From NCBI GenBank assembly GCA_044222185.1, contig JBGANV010000001.1, forward strand, positions 64,001-128,000: a stretch of DNA of 64,000 bases, given 5' to 3'. The notes beneath the pieces were generated by a model. The model was not told where the DNA came from. It did not search any database and was given only the letters and a program-made list of their open reading frames with translations. The first letter of the stretch is position 1; each line of letters begins with the position of its first letter. Position numbers and translations under genes: made by a program. This stretch comes from Planctomycetota bacterium. Lineage in GTDB: Bacteria > Planctomycetota > GCA-002687715 > CAIWVZ01. Positions 19,223 through 29,707 of this stretch are shown piece by piece.

Positions 19223-21310
19223 TCACCAGACGACGGCACGATCGGGATCGGGAAGCAGGATCGCCGCTGCATTCGGACAGCCGAACGCGTTCGTGAACTC
19301 GGGAGTGTTGGCCAGCGGTCCGATCGCGCGGAAACGCGCCGGGGAGTGCGGGTCGGTGTTGACCAGGAGGCGTAGCGCTTCGGGGCGCGTGTTGTTCCGC
19401 CAGTTGCGCGCCCACGCGATGAAGAACCGCTGCTCGGGCGTGAAGCCGTCGATCGGCCCTTGGGGTCTTGCGGCCAGCGCTCGCTGCAGCGCGTGGAACG
19501 CGATGGTCACTCCGCCCAGGTCGGCCAGGTTCTCGCCGAGCGTCAGCTTGCCGTTCACGTGGAGATCGTCGACCGCCACGTAGCCGTCGAACTGCTTGAC
19601 GACGAGTGCCGTGCGCCGAGTGAACTCCTCGCGGTCCTCCTTCGTCCACCACTCCTTCAGGTTGCCCTCCGCGTCGAACTTGCTTCCCGAGTCGTCGAAG
19701 CCGTGAGTGAGCTCGTGGCCGATCACCGCGCCGATCCCGCCGTAGTTGAGCGCGTCGTCCTGGTGCTCGTCGAAGTACGGCGCCTGGAGGATGCCGGCGG
19801 GGAAGGTGATCTCGTTCATCGGCGGGTTGTAGCTGGCGTTCACCGTCGGCGGCGACATGCCCCATTCGGTGCGATCGACGGGCTTGCCGAGCCGCGAGAC
19901 CATGTAGCGAGAGCGCCAGCTGCGCGCCGCGATCACGTTGGCCGCGTACGTGGCGCGATCGATCGACATCGCGGAGTAGTCCTTCGGGTGATCGGTGTAC
20001 CCGATCTTCTCGACGATGGCGTCGAGCTTGCGGATCGCCTGCGCGCGCGTGGCCTCGCTCATCCAGTCCCGCGTCATCAGGCGCTCGCGGAATGCCGCCC
20101 GCAGGTTCGACACCATCTCCGCGGCTCGACGCTTGGCTTCGGGGCTGAACCGGCGCTTGGCGAACTCCATTCCGAGCGCATCGGCGAGCCCCTGGTCCAC
20201 CACCTGGACGACGCGCTTCCAGCGGGGTTGTTCTTCCTTCACTCCCGCGAGGACACCGCTGTTGAAGCGGAACGCCTCTTCAGCGAACGGCCGGGCCAGG
20301 GTGTTGGCCGTCGCCCGCACGACGTTCCAGCGAAGGTACGCCTTCCAGTCGTCGAGCGAGCGTTCGCCGATCAGCGAGTCCACGCGTTTCATGAAGGAAG
20401 GTTGCCCCACGTTCACGTGGTCCCGGATCGGCGGGCATCCGAGTCGTTCGAAGAACTGCGCCCACGCGACCGACGGGCAGAGCTTCTCGAGACCCGCCAG
20501 CTCCATCGGGTTGTACGTGCTGCGCGGATCGCGGCGCTGGACGTTCGTCATCGACGCCTCCGCGAGCACGGTCTCGATGGCCATCACCGTCGCTGCGTCG
20601 CGGGCCGCCGATGCGGGATCCTCGCCGAGGAGCGAGAACATCCGTTGCGCGTGGTCGACGTACTGGGTCCGGATCTCCGCGGACTTGGCATCGGTGCGCG
20701 TGTAGTAATCGCGGTCGGGGAGACCCAGTCCGCCCTGTCCGACGTTCACGATGTAGCGGGTGGCGTCGCCCTGATCCTGACGGACCATGAAGCCGAAGAG
20801 GGGATTCACGCCCTGGGAGTGGAGGGCGGCGACCGTGGTCGTCAAAGCATCCTTCGACGCCATGTCGCGCACGATCGCGAGCAGCGGCTCGATGGGCTTC
20901 GCTCCGAGCGCATCGATCGTCGCCTCGTCCATCCCTGATGCATAGAAGTCGCCGAGCTTTCGGCGCTCGCTCCCGGCCGGGGCCGAGGCGTCCTGGCTCG
21001 CGGCCTCGAGGATGTCGCGCAGGACGAGCTGGTTCTTCCGCTCCAGCTCGTTGAACGTGCTCCAGCGGCGCTCGCTGGCCGGTACGGGATTGGCTGCGAC
21101 CCAACCGCCGTTCACGAAACGGTAGAAGTCGTCGCACGGTGCGACCGTGCGATCGAAGTCGGCAGGGTTCAGGCCTGGAGACGCGGCGGCCGGGCCCTCG
21201 CTCGCCGTCGACGTCGCGGATGCGACCGCGGACGATTCCTCGTTCGAATGGCATCCGCCTCCGACGGCTGACGCGACGATCACCGCGACGACGACTGGCA
21301 GACTTCGCAT
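19223..21310 (-). CDS. M13 (neprilysin/PepO) metalloendopeptidase, probable lipoprotein
   Basis: PCDDFYRFVNGGW, VNASY, NYGGIGAVIGHELTHGFDD, TLGENLADLGG, DPHSP. Lipobox-like GGGC. Confidence 0.95.
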   Translation of the reverse strand: MRSLPVVVAVIVASAVGGGCHSNEESSAVASATSTASEGPAAASPGLNPADFDRTVAPCDDFYRFVNGGWVAANPVPASERRWSTFNELERKNQLVLRDILEAASQDASAPAGSERRKLGDFYASGMDEATIDALGAKPIEPLLAIVRDMASKDALTTTVAALHSQGVNPLFGFMVRQDQGDATRYIVNVGQGGLGLPDRDYYTRTDAKSAEIRTQYVDHAQRMFSLLGEDPASAARDAATVMAIETVLAEASMTNVQRRDPRSTYNPMELAGLEKLCPSVAWAQFFERLGCPPIRDHVNVGQPSFMKRVDSLIGERSLDDWKAYLRWNVVRATANTLARPFAEEAFRFNSGVLAGVKEEQPRWKRVVQVVDQGLADALGMEFAKRRFSPEAKRRAAEMVSNLRAAFRERLMTRDWMSEATRAQAIRKLDAIVEKIGYTDHPKDYSAMSIDRATYAANVIAARSWRSRYMVSRLGKPVDRTEWGMSPPTVNASYNPPMNEITFPAGILQAPYFDEHQDDALNYGGIGAVIGHELTHGFDDSGSKFDAEGNLKEWWTKEDREEFTRRTALVVKQFDGYVAVDDLHVNGKLTLGENLADLGGVTIAFHALQRALAARPQGPIDGFTPEQRFFIAWARNWRNNTRPEALRLLVNTDPHSPARFRAIGPLANTPEFTNAFGCPNAAAILLPDPDRAVVW

Positions 21311-21414
21311 GGTTCACTCCAAGGCCGTATCCGGACGGCCGGGCGGGAGTCTACCGGATGGCGGGCGGTCGCACGGCGCGCTCGGCGCTATGCTCGCGCG
21401 TGAGTGGAACACGA

Positions 21415-23724
21415 ATGAAGTGGAATCGTTGGAGAGCGCTCGCCGCGGGTGTGGCCGCGGGCGGGCTGTTCGTGTTCCTCGACGCCCAGTTCCTGACGCT
21501 CGAAGCGGCACTTGGCGGCTCGGGGCACGCATGGCGGGTCGCGCCGGTCGCGCTCTGGGCCATCGTTCTTCTCTCGGCCGCGGCGCTCCCCGTCTGCGAT
21601 CCCCAGACACACCTCTCCAAACGTGCCTGGGTCGCCGCTTCGGTCGCCGCAGCCGCGCCGGCGATCGTGGTCGCGTGTGGATGGCGATTCGCGGTCGTGC
21701 TCGCCCCCGTCGCCGCCGGAGGCTTGGCCGTGCTTCTTTGTCGTACGTGGCTCTGCGCGCCAGGAGCGTGGCTGCTGGGCGCGGCGATCGGCGTCTGCGC
21801 CACGTGGTGGGGGAGCCTGCGCGCGTTCGGCTGGGCCGTGCCACAGATTGCGGGGGTTGCGCTGCTTGCTCTCGCAGCCGTGCGCAGGCCCGTGCGCGCT
21901 TTCGGCGGCGCGGGACGCGCACGTGGCGTCGTCGTCGGGGGCATGATCGGGTTCGTCTTCGGCGCCCTCATCACGGTTGTGCGACCGTTCGTCTTGCAAC
22001 ACGCCGGACCTGGCGAAGACCCTGCCTGGCTCGCGGCGGCGACTCTCGCCAGCGGCGCGGCCGCCGGACTGGGGCTCGCGCGCGCGCTGCACTGGAGACC
22101 CAGGGCCCTGGTTGCGTTGGCGACCGTGATGACGGCGATCGGCGCGGCCACGGCCGGCGCCCTCGTCGTTCGGTGGAGATTCGGACTCGACCTGCCGTCA
22201 GGGGTCCTTGCATCGTTTGCGCGGTGGCCATGGGGACGGGGGCTTCTGGTCGTGTGGACGGGGCTGGGCATTCTGGCCGTTGCGTTCGGCTTCGGGCTCT
22301 CCGTGGTTCAGCGACGTCGGTCAATCCCCGCCGCCCTCGCCGTGGGCCTCGCGCTCGGCATCGTCTGGGTCGACGCCGCTTTTCGCTCGGCCCCTGCCAC
22401 GGAACTCGCACGGAAATTCGTCGTTCATCCGGCGATCCAGCCCGTGACGGAAGCGGAGGTTTCGCTCGGAGGGATTCGGGGGCGATACGCGGCGCGCGTC
22501 GGCACGGGGGTCGAGCCGGCGGACTACTGGCAGGGGTATCGGGTCAGCGCCGAGCGGAGTTGGGCTCGGCTGAAGGAGGCCGAGCGATACCTGGGAGATG
22601 GCGAGTCGGAGCCCGACGTCGCGCCGTCGACAATGCTCCTGACCCCGGGCGACGGGTTCCGGTGGACGTGCGAGCACGTCGCGGCGTTGGTCGCCGCGAA
22701 GGCACGCGGCGAATCACACGTTGCCTGCTTCGACCTCCGGGGGTTGACCGGGGACTCCCTGCGCGCCCTTCTCGCCGCGTGGCGCAAAGCCGCGCCGACC
22801 GGCGCGGTCGCGGTTCTCGCGGATGGGTACTCGGGCCCGCTCGTGATCCTCTCGACGACGTCCGTGACGGCTTCCGACGCCAGGATTTCGCCGTTTCTGA
22901 TCGTCGGCGGCGTCATCTCCGACCTCTTGCGGGACGATCTGGGCCGCGCGGCCTCGGTGAACTGGCCTCGACTCGCGTGGGGCGGCCCGGTCGATTCACC
23001 GGCGTCTCCGCACCCCAACGGTGCGGTCATGCATGCGTTCTTTGATGCACTGCGGCTGGCGACCGACTCGCCCGAGTACGCCGTGATCCGCGGCCTCGCG
23101 ATCCACGCCGATGCCCAGGCCGAGCGTGCCTACGTCGTGTCGACCTGGGACCACGTCACCATGCCACCCGAAGAGACCCGGGTTTACATGGAGGCGTTCC
23201 GGCGGCACCCGAACAGCGACGTCATCCTTCGCCACCTTGGCGCAGCCTGCGACGTGCTCCTCGCCAAGCGGGAGTACGCGGTGCTCGTCCCCATGCTCGA
23301 GGAGGTCGTGGCGTGGCGACCCGGCGACGCGACGTTCCATTGGATCCTTGGCCGCGCCTACCACGGCCTCCTCGATCGGCAGAACGCCATCGACGAACTG
23401 GAGGCGGCGTGGAAGGCGAGGCCCGATCTGCCTCAAATCGCCGAGGAATTGAGCCGGGTCCATGCCGAGGGCAAGGACTGGGAGAAGGCCGCCTCCGTCC
23501 TCGAGGATGCGTGGACCCGCCACCGCGGCGTCACCCTGGCGAAGGGATTGGGGCTGGCCTGCGTCGAACTCGGCCGCCTCGATCGGGCGGAGGAGATGCT
23601 GATGATCGTCGCCGCCGAGACCCGCGACGATCAGGACGTGGCGCGCGGACTGCGAGCGATCGCAGAGAGGCGTGCCGCCTCGCGCCCCGTCGAGCCGGAG
23701 ACCCGAGGGGGTAGACCTCGGTGA
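21415..23724 (+). CDS. Multi-TM membrane protein with a soluble domain and C-terminal TPRs
   Basis: About 10 hydrophobic helices, then a soluble region, then TPR-like repeats (ATFHWILGRAY, QIAEELSR, LAKGLGLA). Architecture recalls membrane-fused spermidine-synthase-like/TPR proteins. Confidence 0.6.
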   Translation: MKWNRWRALAAGVAAGGLFVFLDAQFLTLEAALGGSGHAWRVAPVALWAIVLLSAAALPVCDPQTHLSKRAWVAASVAAAAPAIVVACGWRFAVVLAPVAAGGLAVLLCRTWLCAPGAWLLGAAIGVCATWWGSLRAFGWAVPQIAGVALLALAAVRRPVRAFGGAGRARGVVVGGMIGFVFGALITVVRPFVLQHAGPGEDPAWLAAATLASGAAAGLGLARALHWRPRALVALATVMTAIGAATAGALVVRWRFGLDLPSGVLASFARWPWGRGLLVVWTGLGILAVAFGFGLSVVQRRRSIPAALAVGLALGIVWVDAAFRSAPATELARKFVVHPAIQPVTEAEVSLGGIRGRYAARVGTGVEPADYWQGYRVSAERSWARLKEAERYLGDGESEPDVAPSTMLLTPGDGFRWTCEHVAALVAAKARGESHVACFDLRGLTGDSLRALLAAWRKAAPTGAVAVLADGYSGPLVILSTTSVTASDARISPFLIVGGVISDLLRDDLGRAASVNWPRLAWGGPVDSPASPHPNGAVMHAFFDALRLATDSPEYAVIRGLAIHADAQAERAYVVSTWDHVTMPPEETRVYMEAFRRHPNSDVILRHLGAACDVLLAKREYAVLVPMLEEVVAWRPGDATFHWILGRAYHGLLDRQNAIDELEAAWKARPDLPQIAEELSRVHAEGKDWEKAASVLEDAWTRHRGVTLAKGLGLACVELGRLDRAEEMLMIVAAETRDDQDVARGLRAIAERRAASRPVEPETRGGRPR

Positions 23725-23727
23725 GGG

Positions 23728-24840
23728 ATGCGGCCACAATGTGGGCCGCACCGGGTGGTTGGGGCCAACCGGATCGCGCGGGAACGCAGCAGGAGGACCG
23801 GTTTGGGGACCCAGGCTGACCGTCTACAGCAGTTGCGTGTGCGCCTGCCGCGACGCCGCGGCGGAGCGCTCTGGATCAAGCCGCTCGTCATCGTTCTGAT
23901 CGTGTTCGGGGCGCTGTACTGGTTCGGCGTCTGGCCGTTCTCGAGCTCCGCGGAGGGCACCAAGCCCGAATCCGAGGGCGTGGCGCCGACGCCCGCGCCC
24001 GTCGTCGTTCCGCGTGAGGCTCCGCCGACGTCGATCGGCGAGAAGCCGCCTGCGTCCGAGCCCGCGCGGCAGAAGCCGCCGCCCACGGCCGCGGAGGTGA
24101 AATCTGCCTCCGACCGAGCGCAGGAGGAGATTGCGGTCGCGAAGAACGGCGACGCGGACGCACTGCGACGCGCGGTGGGGAAGTGGGTCCTCGACGAGCG
24201 GATTCCTCAGCCGACCCGGGATGATCTACTCAAACAGGCGCGCGATCTCTCGAAGCGCGTGGTGTTCTCCGCCTCGCCGATGCAACACACGACCACGGTC
24301 GTCGTGCAGCCGAACGACACGCTCTCCGACATCTGCGGCAGGCTTCGCTCGAGCCAGAAGATCGCGATCATGCCGGCGTTCATCGAGATGGTGAACGACG
24401 TCAAGTCGACGAGGCTTCGTCAGAAGATGCCCCTGAAGATCCCCACGGAGCCGCTCTCGATCCTGGTGGACAAGGGCGAGTACCGCCTCTACCTGCTCCT
24501 CGGCGGGGTGTACCTGAAGGACTACCCGGTCGGAATCGGCAAGGATCAGCGAACACCCGAGGGCCGTTTCACGATCCACTCGAAGACCAAGAATCCGCAG
24601 TGGACCGACCCGGAGACCGGGCGGGTGTATGCCTTCGGCGAGCCCGGGCACGTCATCGGGTCCCGTTGGATGGCATTCGCGAGCGAGGGCGCCCGGACCG
24701 GGTTCGGCATCCATGGCACCGTCGACCCGGCCTCCGTCGGGCGATCCGAATCGGCGGGGTGCGTGCGCATGCTGAAGGCCGACGTCGAGGAGTTGTTCGA
24801 CCTCGTGCCTCAGGGCGCCGAGGTGAACGTCAGACCGTGA
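23728..24840 (+). CDS. L,D-transpeptidase (YkuD/ErfK family) with TM anchor and LysM-like module
   Basis: YPVGIGK, TPEGRF, FGIHGT...SAGCVRM (catalytic His/Cys), VVQPNDTLSDI. Start uncertain. Confidence 0.9.
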   Translation: MRPQCGPHRVVGANRIARERSRRTGLGTQADRLQQLRVRLPRRRGGALWIKPLVIVLIVFGALYWFGVWPFSSSAEGTKPESEGVAPTPAPVVVPREAPPTSIGEKPPASEPARQKPPPTAAEVKSASDRAQEEIAVAKNGDADALRRAVGKWVLDERIPQPTRDDLLKQARDLSKRVVFSASPMQHTTTVVVQPNDTLSDICGRLRSSQKIAIMPAFIEMVNDVKSTRLRQKMPLKIPTEPLSILVDKGEYRLYLLLGGVYLKDYPVGIGKDQRTPEGRFTIHSKTKNPQWTDPETGRVYAFGEPGHVIGSRWMAFASEGARTGFGIHGTVDPASVGRSESAGCVRMLKADVEELFDLVPQGAEVNVRP

Positions 24841-25064
24841 GGGGAAAACTCTCCCCGAAGGTGTGGGGTCGATCTGGAAGCCGCGTATAATCCGCGCGCT
24901 ATCGTGGCTGGCAGTATGCCTGTGCCGTCGCATCTGCTTCTGCCCGAGAGACTTGCGCGAGTCCTGAACGGCTTCGAGACGGCACCCGATGGAATCCTTG
25001 CGGAGCGTGGTCCCCGCCGCCGTCCGTCCACGGCGCAGCCGGATCGTTCCGCGCGAGCGCCAGC

Positions 25065-25514
25065 ATGCTTTTTCAGTACGCGAACGTTCTGGTTGGCCTG
25101 GTCTTCGGGGCCATCTTCGTCGTCCTGAACATCTCCGTCGTGAATCGGATCCTCGCGCCGCGCGTGAAGAACGCCGCGAAGGAATCCATCTACGAGTGCG
25201 GTGAGCCGGCGGTCGGATCGGCCTGGGTGCGCTTCGACATGCGCTTCTACACCGTCGCGCTCGTCTTCCTCATCTTCGAGGTCGAGGCTGCGGTGATGTT
25301 CCCCTGGGCCGTCGTGTTCCGACAGTTCCGGGAGCTCGGTGGCAGCGCCAACGGCATGTTCGCCTTCGTCGAGATCCTGCTGTTCATCCTGATCCTCGGC
25401 GTGGGCTTCATCTACGTGTGGGCCAAGGGTGATCTCGACTGGGTCAAGTCGACCCTCGCATCGAAACTCGATGCCCCGGCGCCCACCACGGCCTCCAAGA
25501 ACCTCTTGCCCTGA
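25065..25514 (+). CDS. nuoA: NADH-quinone oxidoreductase subunit A
   Basis: [28 protein letters not shown]. Confidence 0.95.
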   Translation: MLFQYANVLVGLVFGAIFVVLNISVVNRILAPRVKNAAKESIYECGEPAVGSAWVRFDMRFYTVALVFLIFEVEAAVMFPWAVVFRQFRELGGSANGMFAFVEILLFILILGVGFIYVWAKGDLDWVKSTLASKLDAPAPTTASKNLLP

Positions 25515-25542
25515 ATCGTCCCGCCCGCGGAGAGTGACCACG

Positions 25543-26088
25543 ATGTCCCAGTCGTTGCAGGAACTGAACCTGAACCACGACGTCCCGACACGGGACAACA
25601 TCCTCATCACGTCAGTCGACAAGCTCATCAACTGGACGCGCCGCTCGTCGGTGTGGCCCATGACGTTCGGACTCGCCTGCTGCGCCATCGAGATGATGGC
25701 CGTCGGTGCGTCGCACTACGACATCGATCGGTTTGGGAGCGGGCCGTTCCGGGCCACGCCGCGGCAGGCCGACCTCATGATCGTGGCTGGCACGGTGAGC
25801 CACAAAATGGCGCCGCGCGTCAAGCTTCTCTTCGACCAGATGCCCGAGCCCAAGTACGTGATCGCCATGGGCGCGTGCACGGTCTGCGGCGGACCCTACA
25901 TCAAGCACGGCTACCACGTGCTGAAGGGCGTCGACCGTTTGATTCCCGTGGATGTCTACCTGCCCGGCTGCCCGCCGCGCCCGGAAGCGTTGCTCGAAGC
26001 TCTCTTCCGGATCCAGGAGAAGATGGAGCGCGAGCGCATCCTCGATCGCACGCGCGAAGGGCTTCGTCCGACGGTTCTCGCGGAGTAG
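25543..26088 (+). CDS. nuoB: NADH-quinone oxidoreductase subunit B
   Basis: [31 protein letters not shown]. Confidence 0.96.
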   Translation: MSQSLQELNLNHDVPTRDNILITSVDKLINWTRRSSVWPMTFGLACCAIEMMAVGASHYDIDRFGSGPFRATPRQADLMIVAGTVSHKMAPRVKLLFDQMPEPKYVIAMGACTVCGGPYIKHGYHVLKGVDRLIPVDVYLPGCPPRPEALLEALFRIQEKMERERILDRTREGLRPTVLAE

Positions 26089-26093
26089 GTGCA

Positions 26094-26567
26094 ATGACTC
26101 CTGACCAAGTCATCGAGCGGCTGAAGGCGAAGCACGCCGACGCGATCCTCGCCGTGGATCCGGCTCCCAAGAACCCGTTCGCGAAGGTGGCCCCTGCTGC
26201 ATGGCCGGCCGTGGCCGCGACGCTGCGGGACGAACTCGGGTTCAACTACCTCGTGTGCCTCACGGCCATCGACCGCGGGGCCGAACTCGAGGCGTTCTAC
26301 AACCTCGAGCACATCGCCGACGTCCGCTACCAGTTCGGCATCCGCGTCTGCGTGCCGCGCGAAAAGCCCGTGATCCCCACGGTCGAGAACGTCTGGCGAA
26401 CGGCCGACTGGCACGAGCGCGAGGCGTGGGACCTCATGGGAATCGTGTTCGAGGGGCACCACAACCTCGTCCGGATCCTCTGCGCCGAGGACTGGGAAGG
26501 CCACCCGCTCCGCAAGGACTACAAGGCGCCCGAGTCCTACCACGGGATCAAGAACGTCGTCGTCTGA
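26094..26567 (+). CDS. nuoC: NADH-quinone oxidoreductase subunit C
   Basis: ADWHEREAWDLMGIVFEGH, WEGHPLRKDY. Confidence 0.95.
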   Translation: MTPDQVIERLKAKHADAILAVDPAPKNPFAKVAPAAWPAVAATLRDELGFNYLVCLTAIDRGAELEAFYNLEHIADVRYQFGIRVCVPREKPVIPTVENVWRTADWHEREAWDLMGIVFEGHHNLVRILCAEDWEGHPLRKDYKAPESYHGIKNVVV

Positions 26568-26585
26568 CCGCAGGCGGAGTACACG

Positions 26586-27746
26586 ATGGAAACCCAACTG
26601 ACCGCGAAGCCGAACGCGCCGGCCTCCGATTTCCGCAGCCAGGAAATGCTGCTGAACATGGGGCCCCAGCACCCGAGCACGCACGGCGTGTTCCGCGTGA
26701 TGATCCGCACGGACGGCGAGATCGTCATCGACTGCGAGCCCCACGTGGGCTACCTGCATCGCTGCTTCGAGAAGCACTGCGAGAGCGTCACGGTGTTGCA
26801 GACGGTGCTCTACACCGATCGACTCGACTACCTGATGTCGATGGGGAACAACCTGGGCCTCTCCCTCGCCGTCGAGCGGCTCTGGGACAACTTCGTCGTT
26901 CCCGAGCGCGCGCAGTACATCCGCATCATCGTCACCGAACTGAACCGCATCGCCTCGCACCTGATGGCGATCGGAACGTACGGGATGGACATCGGCGCCA
27001 TCACGCCGTTCCTCTACTGCTTCCGTGATCGCGAGAAGATCCTGGCGATCCTCGAGACGATCTGCGGCCAGCGGCTCAACTACAACTACGTCCGACCGGG
27101 CGGAGTGGCGTACGACGTCGACGACAAGATGGTCGAGATGGTCCGCGACTTCTGCAAGTACTTCCGGCCCCGCGCGCAGGAGTACAACGACCTGCTGTCG
27201 TCCAACGACATCTTCATCGCGCGCACGGCGAACATCGGCGTGCTGCCGGCCGATCTGGCCATCCAGTACGGATGCACCGGGCCCGTGCTGCGAGGCTCGG
27301 GCGTCAAGCGCGACCTGCGCAAGGACGCGCCGTACTGCATCTACGACCGTTTCCAGTTCGACATCCCGATCGGGACGGGCGAGCGCGGAGTTCTCGGTGA
27401 CTGCTACGACCGCTACATGGTGCGCGTCCGCGAGATGATCGAGAGCTTGAAGATCGTCGAGCAGGCGGTGAAGCAGATCCCCGACGGGCCGATCAAGTCG
27501 GAGGCCGTGAAGGGTCGCATCCGCCCGCCGAAGGGCGAGGCCTTCACGCGCGTCGAGAACTCGCGCGGCGAGCTCGGCTTCTACATCGTGAGCGACGGCA
27601 AGGATGTGTTGCCGCGCGTCAAATGCCGTGCGCCGTCGTTCCACAACATCTCGGTCCTGTCCGAGATCTCGCGGGGAACGATGATCGCCGACATGGTCGC
27701 GATCATCGGCAGCATGGACATCGTCATGGGAGAGGTCGACCGCTGA
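26586..27746 (+). CDS. nuoD: NADH-quinone oxidoreductase subunit D
   Basis: NMGPQHPSTHGV, GYLHR, DRLDY, ELNRIASHL, DIVMGEVDR. No NiFe CxxC motifs. Confidence 0.96.
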   Translation: METQLTAKPNAPASDFRSQEMLLNMGPQHPSTHGVFRVMIRTDGEIVIDCEPHVGYLHRCFEKHCESVTVLQTVLYTDRLDYLMSMGNNLGLSLAVERLWDNFVVPERAQYIRIIVTELNRIASHLMAIGTYGMDIGAITPFLYCFRDREKILAILETICGQRLNYNYVRPGGVAYDVDDKMVEMVRDFCKYFRPRAQEYNDLLSSNDIFIARTANIGVLPADLAIQYGCTGPVLRGSGVKRDLRKDAPYCIYDRFQFDIPIGTGERGVLGDCYDRYMVRVREMIESLKIVEQAVKQIPDGPIKSEAVKGRIRPPKGEAFTRVENSRGELGFYIVSDGKDVLPRVKCRAPSFHNISVLSEISRGTMIADMVAIIGSMDIVMGEVDR

Positions 27747-27782
27747 CGAACGTCGCGGTGGGCGGGAAACCAATCGAGTCGT

Positions 27783-29015
27783 GTGATGACGGACACGTTC
27801 AGCTTCACGTTCGTTGACTGGCTGCTCGGCCCGAACGCGCCGCTCCTGTGGCGCGGAATCGGTGCGTTCGCCGTCTGGGCCGTGCCGATCACGGCATTCG
27901 TCTCGCTGGTCGGACTGTTCTCGATCTGGCTCGAGCGAAAGGTCGCAGGACACATCCAGTGCCGCCTCGGACCCATGGAGGTCGGGCCTCACGGCACCCT
28001 TCAAACCGTCGCCGACGGCGTGAAGCTCCTCGCGAAGGAGGACCTCGTTCCGGCGGACGCCGACAAGTTCCTCTTCGGGCTTGCGCCGATCATCGCCTTC
28101 GCGGGCACGATGGTGGGCTTCGCCGTGGTGCCGTTCGGTCCCAACCTGATCATCGCGGACCTGGACATCGGCATCTACTTCCTCGCGGCCGTCGGCTCGC
28201 TCGAAGCCATCGGCATCGTCGCCGCCGGGTGGGCATCGAACAACAAGTGGTCACTGCTCGGTGCCGTCCGCGCGGCGACGCAGGTGGTGAGCTACGAGAT
28301 CCCCATGGCGCTCAGCTTCCTCACGATCATCGTGCTGGCGGGCTCCATGCGCGTCTCGACGATCGTCGAGCAGCAGCACGGGTGGTTCGTGAACTGGTTC
28401 CTGTTCCGCAACCCCTTCGTCTGCGTCGCCTTCGTCATCTACTACATCGCGTCGCTCGCCGAATGCAAGCGCGCGCCGTTCGACCTTCCCGAGGCCGAGT
28501 CCGAACTCGTTTCCGGCTTCCACACCGAGTACTCGGGGATGCGGTTCGCGATCTTCTTCCTTTCCGAGTACGCGCAGATGTACGTCGTGTCGGCCATCGC
28601 CGCCGTCCTGTTCCTCGGAGGGTGGTACACGGGAATCGCCCCTCTCGACGCCGCAGTCGCGAAGTCGACCGTCGCCGCGAACGCGATCGGGGCGCTGGTG
28701 ATCATCACCAAGTCGTTCTTTCTCGTGTTCGTCCAGATGTGGCTGCGGTGGACTCTGCCGCGCATCCGCCTCGACCAGATGATGTACCTGTGCCTGAAGG
28801 TGCTGCTGCCCTTCAGCATGGTCACGCTGATCCTCTCGACGGCCTGGGAGGGACTCGTTCCGTCGACGGGGCCCAAGTCGGCGGGCGGCGTGATGACGTC
28901 GACCATCAGCGTCGTCGGGGTTGTGGTGTTCGTGTTGCTCCTTGCGGTTGGTTGGATGTTCGTTCGCAAGACGCTGAAGGCGACGCCGAGCTTCCAGAAA
29001 GCGAGCCAGGCATGA
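27783..29015 (+). CDS. nuoH: NADH-quinone oxidoreductase subunit H
   Basis: ERKV, RLGP, DGVKLLAKE, SYEIP, PFDLPEAESELVSGFHTEYSG, PRIRLDQ. Confidence 0.96.
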   Translation: MMTDTFSFTFVDWLLGPNAPLLWRGIGAFAVWAVPITAFVSLVGLFSIWLERKVAGHIQCRLGPMEVGPHGTLQTVADGVKLLAKEDLVPADADKFLFGLAPIIAFAGTMVGFAVVPFGPNLIIADLDIGIYFLAAVGSLEAIGIVAAGWASNNKWSLLGAVRAATQVVSYEIPMALSFLTIIVLAGSMRVSTIVEQQHGWFVNWFLFRNPFVCVAFVIYYIASLAECKRAPFDLPEAESELVSGFHTEYSGMRFAIFFLSEYAQMYVVSAIAAVLFLGGWYTGIAPLDAAVAKSTVAANAIGALVIITKSFFLVFVQMWLRWTLPRIRLDQMMYLCLKVLLPFSMVTLILSTAWEGLVPSTGPKSAGGVMTSTISVVGVVVFVLLLAVGWMFVRKTLKATPSFQKASQA

Positions 29016-29689
29016 GCATCGGAAACTACTTCACGCAGATCGGGTCGGCGGCGAAGTCGCTCGTCTCCGGCATGGCGCTGACTCTGCGGTACATGCTCCG
29101 GCCGAAGGAGATCGTCACGATCCAGTACGGGTCGAAGAAGTTCGCGCCGAAGGAGCGCTACATCCCGGACCGTCACCGCGGAGTGCACTTCCTCGAGACC
29201 GAGAAGTGCATTCACTGCCACATTTGCGAGAAGGCGTGCCCCGTCGACTGCATCCAGATGGATGGCACGCGCGATGGCGGGTTCGAGGGGGCATGGCAGG
29301 GCGACGGTTGCTTCATCAGCAGCTTCACCCTCGACCTGAACAAGTGCATCTTCTGCAACCTGTGCTGTGAACCGTGCCCCAAGGAGTGCATCCACATGGG
29401 GCTCGAGTTCGACACGGCGTCGTACAACCGGGCCAACGGCGTGAAGAACCTCCTGACCGACGCGCCGTACTCGGCGACTGATCGGGAGACGGAAGCGCGC
29501 GCGCGCAAGCTCATCGAGGAAGTCGAAGCCGAAACGAAGCGCAAGAAGGCCGAGGCGGCCGCCAAGAAGAAGGCCGAAGCCGCAGCCAAGGCTGCCGCCG
29601 CGCCCCCGCCCGCCGCGAAACCGGCTGCTCCGACCACGCCACCGCCGGCGCCGCCTGTGCCACCCGCGGGGCCGACGACGTCGAGCTGA
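29012..29689 (+). CDS. nuoI: NADH-quinone oxidoreductase subunit I
   Basis: CIHCHICEKACP and CIFCNLCCEPCP (two 4Fe-4S motifs); Ala/Lys/Pro-rich tail; ATGA overlap with nuoH. Confidence 0.93.
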   Translation: MSIGNYFTQIGSAAKSLVSGMALTLRYMLRPKEIVTIQYGSKKFAPKERYIPDRHRGVHFLETEKCIHCHICEKACPVDCIQMDGTRDGGFEGAWQGDGCFISSFTLDLNKCIFCNLCCEPCPKECIHMGLEFDTASYNRANGVKNLLTDAPYSATDRETEARARKLIEEVEAETKRKKAEAAAKKKAEAAAKAAAAPPPAAKPAAPTTPPPAPPVPPAGPTTSS

Positions 29690-29707
29690 TCGACGAGGAA
29701 AAGACGC

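Noticed and set aside
26586-27746. Group 4 NiFe-hydrogenase large subunit
   Set aside because: Lacks both CxxC Ni-binding motifs and has the quinone-site His/Tyr of NuoD.
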